Shown in pieces: positions 56,483 through 64,000 of a stretch of DNA of 64,000 bases. Source of the stretch: Candidatus Latescibacterota bacterium (GTDB lineage: Bacteria > Latescibacterota > UBA2968); the NCBI GenBank assembly GCA_965204375.1, contig OZ241986.1, positions 3,648,001 to 3,712,000 on the forward strand, written 5' to 3'. Below the pieces are notes generated by a model. That model had not been told where the DNA came from. It was given only the letters and a program-made list of their open reading frames with translations, and ran no database searches. Position numbers and translations under genes: made by a program. How positions within the stretch are numbered: position 1 is the stretch's first letter; the number at the start of each line of letters is the position of its first letter.

Positions 56483-56608
56483 ACAACTCGTTCGTGAATA
56501 AATTTACCCATTTTGTTAGAGACCGTCAAGATAAACAAACGATCAGCGGGCAACCCGCCACCCGCCGTCTTCGTCCCCTTCACACTTCCCACTTCCTACT
56601 TCACACTT

Positions 56609-57481
56609 CTATCTACCCGAACTCAAAAAACTCTCGGATTGCAGATCCACATCAAAAATGCGAATAAATTGATGGGGCTTTGTCGTCTCGCCGATCAACT
56701 CGGGTATGCCATCGCCATCGAGGTCCGCGTAGCCAATCTTCTCACCAAAACCATCGCGGTATTCCCACTCAACGCGCTGATAAGTCGCGCCAATAACAAA
56801 CCCGGTATTGAGCACAATCTCAAGCTCACCGTCGTCATCGAGATCGCCAACAGCCATACTCTGTGCCCACAGCCCCTGCTCGCTGCGCCATTCTAAAAAC
56901 AGATTTTTGCAATCAAACACAAACAAGCGCCCAATCTGTGCGGCGCGCTCCTGATCGAGATTATCGCGCAATCCACTCGGCGGTCGATAGCTCCGACTCT
57001 CCGCAGCATCCTCGCCGCAAAACACCAGCTCGAGTTGCGGATCGTCGTCGATATTTTCAATCACCATGGCCGAAACCGATGCAAACTCATCGTCCGTGCT
57101 TCGCCATATCTCATGAAAATCGCTGGCGCGATAAAACGCAATATCTCCAGCATGGGTATAGGCAACGATCTCGAGTTCGTCATCGACATCGATATCCAGA
57201 ACAAAAACTTCTGCAATCTCCGCTCTCAATGGCGGACTCCTCCACACCTCTCGAAAGCGTCCCTCTTGCATTTCCAACACGTAAACTGCCCCATGACGGT
57301 CGCCATACACAATGCGCGGTGCCTCATCATCTTTACCCACAATTGCTTTTACAGCTCGCATTTCGGGTACAAACCCGCCAAAAGAAATCGCGTCATTATC
57401 TTTCCAATGAAACCACGCCAGATCGGTCGCTGAAATTGTAGCTGTAAGGGCAAAGAGCCAGAGCAGAATCCTTATGACCAT
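56609..57481 (-). CDS. Secreted protein with FG-GAP/VCBS-like DxDxDG repeats
   Basis: Signal peptide; DIDVDDELEI, NIDDDPQLEL, DLDDDGELEI, DLDGDGIPEL. Confidence 0.65.
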   Translation of the reverse strand: MVIRILLWLFALTATISATDLAWFHWKDNDAISFGGFVPEMRAVKAIVGKDDEAPRIVYGDRHGAVYVLEMQEGRFREVWRSPPLRAEIAEVFVLDIDVDDELEIVAYTHAGDIAFYRASDFHEIWRSTDDEFASVSAMVIENIDDDPQLELVFCGEDAAESRSYRPPSGLRDNLDQERAAQIGRLFVFDCKNLFLEWRSEQGLWAQSMAVGDLDDDGELEIVLNTGFVIGATYQRVEWEYRDGFGEKIGYADLDGDGIPELIGETTKPHQFIRIFDVDLQSESFLSSGR

Positions 57482-57491
57482 AGTGAACTCC

Positions 57492-58403
57492 TCAAAATAT
57501 ACTAATACTGAGATAGCGTTTGGGATTCCGCTTGATATCTTCAATAAGACTATCCACAGACGTCAGTGTGCGATCCAGATGCTCGTACACCGCTTCGTCC
57601 TTAACCAAACGCCCGACCGTACCGCGTCCGTCTCGTATCCCTTTGGAAATATCATCGAGATTGGCAAATGTATTTTGCATAGCAACCGAAGTCGATTCCA
57701 TCTGTGCCGAAATCCGCGCAAGGCGTTCCATCGTCACAGCTATATTGTTCACTGCAATGCTCAAATTTTCGCGATTATCCCGCATCAAGCCACTCGCATC
57801 GCCCGTCGCCACCGCCAGGCTGTCGAGCATCTTATCGACCTTACCCAGATTATCGTCATTCAATAATCGGTTGAGATAGTACGTGGTCGTATCAATACGC
57901 GAAAGAACGCTTTCCAGATGCGCGAGATTGTTATCACTGGCTACGCCATCTACTGCATGGCGAATTTTTTCGATCATAAGCCTGCTTTCAGACACCATCG
58001 CATCGAGGTCAGAAGCAGAAGTCCCCTCCACAACAGCGCCATCTGGAAGACGCTGTTCCGACTCTCCCAACTGAATTTCGATCATCTGCCCACCCAGCAG
58101 ACCGTCGGATTTGAGTAAAAAACGCGAATCCACGGGCAAATCTCTCACTGAGGCAAACCCGAGTGCAACAAAAGGCAGCCCATCCTCAAGGGTGATAGAC
58201 AGCACCTTTCCCACCCGCACCCCGCGAAACGTCACGGGATTGCCCACTTGAAGCCCCGGCACACTGTCAAACTTAGCATGGATGCGATATCCGCCAGCCG
58301 CACCTGCATAGCGCTCAGAGAGCCACACCGTGCCGACCACCAGAATAACGGCTGCAAAAAATACAACTGCACCCAGAATAATTTCTTGCCGACGATTTCT
58401 CAT
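57492..58403 (-). CDS. mlaD: MCE/MlaD family protein
   Basis: GLQVGNPVTFRGVRVGKV, DGLLGGQMIEI, DIKRNPKRY. Confidence 0.88.
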   Translation of the reverse strand: MRNRRQEIILGAVVFFAAVILVVGTVWLSERYAGAAGGYRIHAKFDSVPGLQVGNPVTFRGVRVGKVLSITLEDGLPFVALGFASVRDLPVDSRFLLKSDGLLGGQMIEIQLGESEQRLPDGAVVEGTSASDLDAMVSESRLMIEKIRHAVDGVASDNNLAHLESVLSRIDTTTYYLNRLLNDDNLGKVDKMLDSLAVATGDASGLMRDNRENLSIAVNNIAVTMERLARISAQMESTSVAMQNTFANLDDISKGIRDGRGTVGRLVKDEAVYEHLDRTLTSVDSLIEDIKRNPKRYLSISIF

Positions 58404-58406
58404 AAG

Positions 58407-59150
58407 TTACCCCAACTTGCCCTGAACAAATAATTCGAAAACCTCATTGCCAGATGCCTCGACATCTTCCATTGCACCTTGAACCACTGCTTTGCCGTCA
58501 TAGAGCAGGGCAACCCGATCTGAAACGCGCCGGGCAAGGGGCATATCGTGGGTGACGACCACCGATGTCACATTGAGTTCCGATTGCAATTTCAGTATAT
58601 AGTCCCCCACAACGCTGGATGTATTTGGATCCAGACCCGTTGTGGGTTCATCGTAAAGAATAAAATCGGGTTCCATCGCAATCGCCCGCGCAAGTGCCGC
58701 GCGCTTTCTCATTCCCCCCGACAACTCAACCGGCATCTTGGCCTCTGTCCCCGCCAACCGCACGGCATCGAGACAGATATGCACGCGCTCTGCAATTTCT
58801 TCTTCGGACATCCTGGTGTGCATACGCAACCCAAAAGCCACATTCTCTTTAACCGTCATAGAATCAAAAAGTGCCGAAGACTGAAATAAAACCCCGATGC
58901 GCTTGCGCAACTCGATCAACTCGCCATGGCGAATCCGCTCCATGTCATAACCGGCAACGACGACCTTTCCCTCATCAGCCCGCTCAATCCCAATAACATG
59001 TTTTAAGGTCACACTTTTACCGCATCCACTCGGTCCCAAAATCGTCGTAATCTCAGACCGGGGAATCCACAGATCAAGCCCTTTCAGCACAGATTGCGCT
59101 TCAAAAGACTTAAACACCTCGACAAACTCAATAGCCGTTTCATTTGCCAT
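58407..59150 (-). CDS. mlaF: MlaF-type ABC transporter ATP-binding protein
   Basis: GPSGCGKS, LFQSSALFDSMTV, LSGGMRKRAALARA, YDEPTTGLDP. Confidence 0.88.
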   Translation of the reverse strand: MANETAIEFVEVFKSFEAQSVLKGLDLWIPRSEITTILGPSGCGKSVTLKHVIGIERADEGKVVVAGYDMERIRHGELIELRKRIGVLFQSSALFDSMTVKENVAFGLRMHTRMSEEEIAERVHICLDAVRLAGTEAKMPVELSGGMRKRAALARAIAMEPDFILYDEPTTGLDPNTSSVVGDYILKLQSELNVTSVVVTHDMPLARRVSDRVALLYDGKAVVQGAMEDVEASGNEVFELFVQGKLG

Positions 59151-59153
59151 AGT

Positions 59154-59927
59154 TTAATACAACAACGCGTGTGTTAAAAAATAATCGAGAATGAGAACCA
59201 GCGCAGAAGATATCACAACTGCAGCCGTAGCAGCCCGTCCAACACCCTGTGCACCGCCTGCGGTGCAAAGCCCCTTGTAAGACCCCATAAACGTCAGCAA
59301 CCCACCATAAACAACGGATTTGACCAATCCGACAAAAACATCATACACCTCAAAATAGAGCTTCATACCTTTGACCAACTCTGTAGGCGTAATAGCCATC
59401 TTGATCATCGACATACCAAACCCACAGATATTCGCGACTAAAAAAGAGTAAATCACGAGAACTGGAACCATAATCGCGCCAGCGAGCATTCGGGGCAACA
59501 TGAGATACCCCACTGGATCGACAGCCATTGACGCGAGCGCATCCACTTGCTCTGAGACTTTCATCGTGCCGAGTTCAGACGCAACGCCCGCACCCACCCT
59601 GCCCGCGAGCACGAGACCCAACAAAATAGGCGACAGCACGAGTATCACAGAGCGGACCATAAGCGCACCAACCATATAGTCGGGCACGTAATCTTCCATC
59701 TGATAGGCCGTCTGAATAGCGACCGCCATCCCGCTAAAAGCCGAAATCAGACAAACCAGAGGCAGAGAGCTAACACCAACAGCATAACACTGTTCGATAA
59801 TCTGATGTCGATAGAGGTAGAGATGCCGCATTTCCTTCACACACTGGACGCCATAGCAGAACATCTGGAAAACCTGGACAAAAAATGCGGCGAGTTGCCC
59901 ACCGAGGAATACAAATAATCGGCCCAT
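59154..59927 (-). CDS. mlaE: MlaE family ABC permease
   Basis: AGRVGAGVASELGTMKVSEQVDAL...PR; GGAQGVGRAATAAVV. Confidence 0.9.
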   Translation of the reverse strand: MGRLFVFLGGQLAAFFVQVFQMFCYGVQCVKEMRHLYLYRHQIIEQCYAVGVSSLPLVCLISAFSGMAVAIQTAYQMEDYVPDYMVGALMVRSVILVLSPILLGLVLAGRVGAGVASELGTMKVSEQVDALASMAVDPVGYLMLPRMLAGAIMVPVLVIYSFLVANICGFGMSMIKMAITPTELVKGMKLYFEVYDVFVGLVKSVVYGGLLTFMGSYKGLCTAGGAQGVGRAATAAVVISSALVLILDYFLTHALLY

Positions 59928-60109
59928 ATCGAGTAAAAGCCTGAACTGAGAAAAATGAGGCGGTTAAAGGTCCAGAAAGCGTGTAGAATCTACACTCCAT
60001 TTTTGAATAAATCAACCCTTTTCAAAGCATTTGCTAAAACTGCTTTACGCAGTAAAGGCGGCCCTGGAAAAACCAGAACCGCCTTTATTACTCCGAAGAT
60101 AAGATGCTA

Positions 60110-61045
60110 TCACACCAGATCTTCCACCTTTCCACCCGGAACATTTCTCCGAAAATATCGCTGCAACTTGGCAAGCGCGCGATTGCGAATCTGCCGCACG
60201 CGCTCTCGGGTAACACCCAGAGAACAGCCAATATCACTCAGCGTCCGGCGCTCATCTCCATCGAGACCAAAATAAGCGCGAATAACATCTCGCTCCCGGG
60301 GATCCAGAGAATCATTGAGAGACCGCAATATAAACTCGGACTGATCCCGGTATATCACGAGTTGATCTGGATCCTCTCCATCGGCCTCGAGTATATTCTG
60401 GAGCGGCTGCTCGCCCGCCGTATCTACGGGCATAGAAAGAGACAGATCTGGGCGCACACAGCGCAACGCCCGTTCTGCGCGTTTGTTGCTGATCTTCATA
60501 TCGCTGGCAACTTCGTCCAGCGTGGGCACGCGCCCCAGTTCCTGGGTCATCTGCCCCCAGCGGCGCGCCATCCGGTCCATATCCTCCTGGCGATTTGCAG
60601 GCATAACCACATTAGACGTGCGCTTGAGCGCATTGAGAATGCACTGCCGAATCCACCACACCGCATAGCTGATAAACTTAAACCCGCGTTCTTCGTCAAA
60701 TCGCTTGAGGGCTTCCATCAACCCCATATTGCCCTCGGCAATCAAATCGGCAAGGGGCACACCTCGCCCCTGATATTCGAGTGCAACACTGACGACAAAA
60801 CGCAAATTTGACGTAATAACTTTGTCAATCGCCGCTTGATTTCCCCGTTTGGCCTTGCGAAGGACTCTTTGTTCCTCCTCCCGGCTCAATGGGGGGTACT
60901 TGCGCAGTTCTTTGAGATAGCTCTGAACAGAAGCTTCGCGCGCGTACTGCGTTCCCTGTTGCGTGTATTCCATTGTATCTCCTACCACTTGCTCCTCTTT
61001 ACCCGACCCGGTGCGGGATTCTGTTACAACAGTTGGCGTTACCAT
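60110..61045 (-). CDS. Sigma-70 family RNA polymerase sigma factor (RpoD/SigA-like, lacking region 1.1)
   Basis: SNLRFVVSVA, DLIAEGNMGLMEA, FKFISYAVWWIRQ, VTRERVRQI. Confidence 0.9.
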   Translation of the reverse strand: MVTPTVVTESRTGSGKEEQVVGDTMEYTQQGTQYAREASVQSYLKELRKYPPLSREEEQRVLRKAKRGNQAAIDKVITSNLRFVVSVALEYQGRGVPLADLIAEGNMGLMEALKRFDEERGFKFISYAVWWIRQCILNALKRTSNVVMPANRQEDMDRMARRWGQMTQELGRVPTLDEVASDMKISNKRAERALRCVRPDLSLSMPVDTAGEQPLQNILEADGEDPDQLVIYRDQSEFILRSLNDSLDPRERDVIRAYFGLDGDERRTLSDIGCSLGVTRERVRQIRNRALAKLQRYFRRNVPGGKVEDLV

Positions 61046-61328
61046 TTTTGATTGTCACCCCCTCCCAGCATTGTTTAACGAATTGTTATATACCTTTCTT
61101 AAACGCACTTAACATTTACAAAGTTTCACAATCTCGAATATATTTCTCGATTGCTGTCCATCCCCTGTTACATCTTAGATACACGCCATATATCTAAAGG
61201 TTTCAAAATAGTGCGTGCGCGGAAGAAGATATCGAATTGCTTGCGGGACCGGTGCCGAAAGGCTATCTTGCTCGCTACCTGGCAATGATACGCGATTTTA
61301 ACGTTGTGTGTAAACGAAAGGAAAGACA

Positions 61329-62669
61329 ATGTCCCGGCATAAAGACAACATCTTTCACAGAACCCTCAAAAAAGAATGGTCGAAGATATCACACGGAGAA
61401 GGCATTTATCTGTTCGATACCGAAGGAAATCGCTATCTCGACGCCTGTGCGGGCGTGCATGTAGTCAGTATCGGCCACGGAGTCAAAGAGATCGCAGAGG
61501 TCATGGCCGAACAGGCGGAGAAGGTCTGTTTCACCTACGCCCGGTTCCTCACCCAGCCCCAGATTGACCTATCAGACAGGATCGCCAGCCTCACGCCGGA
61601 AGATCTGAACCGGGTCTTTTTCGTTTCCGGAGGATCCGAAGCCACAGAGTCGGCCATGAAAATCGCCCGAAAGTACCATATCGCAACCGGCAATCCCGGA
61701 AAGTACAGGGTCATCTCCCGGTGGCAGGCCTGGCACGGGAATACGGTTGGTGCCCTCTCCATGTCCGGGCGGTCGCCCTGGCGTGAGGACTATATCCCCT
61801 ACCTGCTGAATTTCCCCCATATCCCGCCGCCCTACCCCTACCGGTGCGCCTACTGTAAGGACCACTCGGAATGCCAGCTTCACTGCGCAGAGGAACTGGA
61901 GCGGGTCATCAAACAGGAGGGGAGCGAGTCGATCTCCGCCTTTATCGCCGAACCGATCCTCGGCACCTCCGCCGCCGGAGTGACCCCTCCTCAGGACTAC
62001 TACCCTCTCATTCGGGAGATCTGTGACCGGCACAATATCCTGATGATCGTCGATGAAGTCGTCACCGGTTTTGGCAGGACAGGCCGCAACTTCGGCATCG
62101 AACACTGGGATGTGGTCCCCGATATTATGGCGACCGGGAAAGGATTGAGTAGCGGCTATACGCCCATTGCCGCAACCGTCGTCCACGAAAAAATCTACAA
62201 CGCCATCTACAGGGAATCCGTCTCTTTTGTACACGGGCACACCTATGGCGGAAACGCCCTTTCCTGCGCCACGGCCCTGGCCGTGCAAAACTACATCCAG
62301 ACACATGATCTGGTATCGAACTGCGCCCGGATGGGCGACCTGATGCTGGAAAAACTCATGCCCCTGCAGGACCTGCCGATCGTCGGGGGCATACGCGGGA
62401 AGGGCCTGCTGATCGGCATCGAATTCGTCGCTGACAAATCCACGCGTGCCCCCTTCGACCTCTCAAAAGGAGTGACCTCAAGGATCGTGGATCTCGCCTT
62501 CGAAAAAGGGGTACTGGTCATGCCCGGAGCCCCCGGCCTGGTCGATGGTGTCGAAGGCGACCATATCGCCATCAGCCCCCCTTTCACCATCACCGAATCG
62601 GAAGTACAGCACGTTGTCGATGTGATACAAGAAACCATTGAGGAAGTCTCGGCACAGCTGTGTAAGTAA
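61329..62669 (+). CDS. Class III PLP-dependent aminotransferase
   Basis: SGGSEATE, WHGNT, FIAEP, DEVVTGFGRTG, TGKGLSSGY, HGHTYGG. Confidence 0.92.
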   Translation: MSRHKDNIFHRTLKKEWSKISHGEGIYLFDTEGNRYLDACAGVHVVSIGHGVKEIAEVMAEQAEKVCFTYARFLTQPQIDLSDRIASLTPEDLNRVFFVSGGSEATESAMKIARKYHIATGNPGKYRVISRWQAWHGNTVGALSMSGRSPWREDYIPYLLNFPHIPPPYPYRCAYCKDHSECQLHCAEELERVIKQEGSESISAFIAEPILGTSAAGVTPPQDYYPLIREICDRHNILMIVDEVVTGFGRTGRNFGIEHWDVVPDIMATGKGLSSGYTPIAATVVHEKIYNAIYRESVSFVHGHTYGGNALSCATALAVQNYIQTHDLVSNCARMGDLMLEKLMPLQDLPIVGGIRGKGLLIGIEFVADKSTRAPFDLSKGVTSRIVDLAFEKGVLVMPGAPGLVDGVEGDHIAISPPFTITESEVQHVVDVIQETIEEVSAQLCK

Positions 62670-62690
62670 TTCTCGGCATGGAGAGGGAAT

Positions 62691-64000
62691 ATGACAGAAA
62701 AAGCCCATCGGATCCTCTACGTGAGCGACCCATCCACGATCGCACGCACGGTATTGCCTGACCCAGTAAGAGAAGCCGACCTGCGCAAATGGGTGGATAT
62801 GGTCGCGGACAGCGGGATAGATATATTCAATCAGGAAATATTCTCTCAAGGATGGACGGCCTACTGGCAATCCGAACACTACGAATACGACCAGCGGCCT
62901 CAGCACCAGCGATTCAGACCGTTAATCGAAGCGGGCACACAACCACTGGACATCCTCATCGACCAATCGCACCGGCGCGGCATGCAATTTATCGCTGGCT
63001 TCCGCATGAATGACGGCCACGCCGCACACAACCGCAAACAAGGTGTCGGCATTGCCGAATATATTGAATCCAATCCGCATCTGAGATTGCACGACCCGCG
63101 CCCCGGGCAGAACTACCAGGAACCAGAAGCACTCGACTTCACCCATCGGGAAGTTCGAGAATTCACTTATGGCGTTATAGAAGAAGTCGCCTGCGGATTT
63201 GACATCGACGGCATAGAACTGTGTTTTCGAGACACGGCCTACTTCCCCCCGCACCATGCTGCCGAACGCGCACACCTCATGACAGATCTCATACAAAATA
63301 TCCGCACGCGACTAAATGAGCGCGGCAAAGAAATCGGCAAAAAACTCATATTTGGTGCACGCATATACGCAACGCCAGCAGAATGCGAGAGTCAGGGCCT
63401 GGACATTTGCAATTGGATACGAAATGGACTGCTCGACTACATCAGCCCGCAAGATACGATGTATGCCGACCACAATTTGCCCTATTCGGAATGGTCGGCA
63501 CTAACGCGGGAAACAGCGTGCCTGCTCTATCCCGGCCTACTACCGTGGAACAGCTACCGCGCGCGCTATCGCCTCGGACGCATCCCCTTAAGCCACGCCA
63601 CCTGCCGCGCACTCGCGCACACCATGTACGGCGCCGGTGCACATGGCATATCGATCTACAACCATTTTGTGCCTTCCGTGTGGCAGCAACCTTTTTACCC
63701 TCAAAGCATGCAGGTCTTCCACCAGCTCCGCGATCCCGAACGCGTTGCGCGCGGCGAACGGCACTACATTTTCGACCCCACCTGGGACGGATTTAGCGGT
63801 TTCGGAGCCAATGGCAGATGCAGCACAGGCGTAACCAACGCACAACAACTTCGACTATCGCGCAGCGAACAGCGTCCCACGGGTGAATTTCGCTTTCAAC
63901 TCTATGAAAACCTGCAACACGCGCACTGCGCGACACTCCTCTTTCGGGGATTTGGCCTGACCGCGGGCGATGAATTAGACGTGCGTCTCAACGGCCATGC
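62691..64000 (+). CDS. GHL10/family-10-like glycoside hydrolase, 3'-truncated by the window edge
   Basis: RBS GGAGAGG, ATG 62691; manual translation gives ...HRRGMQFIAGFRMND...LDFTHREVR...FDIDGIELCF; absent from the ORF track, consistent with no stop before the window end. Confidence 0.7.
   Translation, partial: MTEKAHRILYVSDPSTIARTVLPDPVREADLRKWVDMVADSGIDIFNQEIFSQGWTAYWQSEHYEYDQRPQHQRFRPLIEAGTQPLDILIDQSHRRGMQFIAGFRMNDGHAAHNRKQGVGIAEYIESNPHLRLHDPRPGQNYQEPEALDFTHREVREFTYGVIEEVACGFDIDGIELCFRDTAYFPPHHAAERAHLMTDLIQNIRTRLNERGKEIGKKLIFGARIYATPAECESQGLDICNWIRNGLLDYISPQDTMYADHNLPYSEWSALTRETACLLYPGLLPWNSYRARYRLGRIPLSHATCRALAHTMYGAGAHGISIYNHFVPSVWQQPFYPQSMQVFHQLRDPERVARGERHYIFDPTWDGFSGFGANGRCSTGVTNAQQLRLSRSEQRPTGEFRFQLYENLQHAHCATLLFRGFGLTAGDELDVRLNGH

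Overview
Bacterial window mixing accessory catabolic and signalling genes with two tRNA-anchored islands. The gene mix (PhyH, Gfo/Idh/MocA, GHL10, ankyrin, REP-like and heptamer repeats) resembles Latescibacterota/Poribacteria-type genomes, but that is only an impression. Left end (1-7.6 kb): the 3' part of a giant DptH-like/PD-(D/E)xK/RuvB-like AAA+ fusion gene, a 5'-truncated tRNA-Val(GAC) att remnant, a tandem RusA-like protein, a DUF2442-HTH protein, and a DIP1984-family coiled-coil gene followed by a ~200-nt structured non-coding element. Middle: catabolic enzymes, a UPF0175/PIN TA pair, an Rpn nuclease with an intragenic start, McrBC, a selenocysteine BCP peroxiredoxin, an RNase II family gene, phoBR, tRNA-Pro(CGG) and a partner-switching signalling module. 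Between an intact tRNA-Pro(GGG) (56406-56482) and its duplicated 3' end (~44890-44947) lies an ~11.5-kb integrase-less island. It encodes an apparently uncharacterised peptide/protein maturation and export system: a precursor with a CLI_3235-like 'IEAY' leader and an atypical 111-aa payload, an S8 peptidase-DUF1611 fusion, a stand-alone ACP, a BtrH-like protein, a CPBP protease, ABC+HlyD exporters and an atypical REC-AraC regulator, with no radical SAM enzyme. Right end: mlaEFD, a sigma-70 factor, a class III aminotransferase and a truncated GHL10-like gene. All family assignments come from motif recognition by eye, not database searches.
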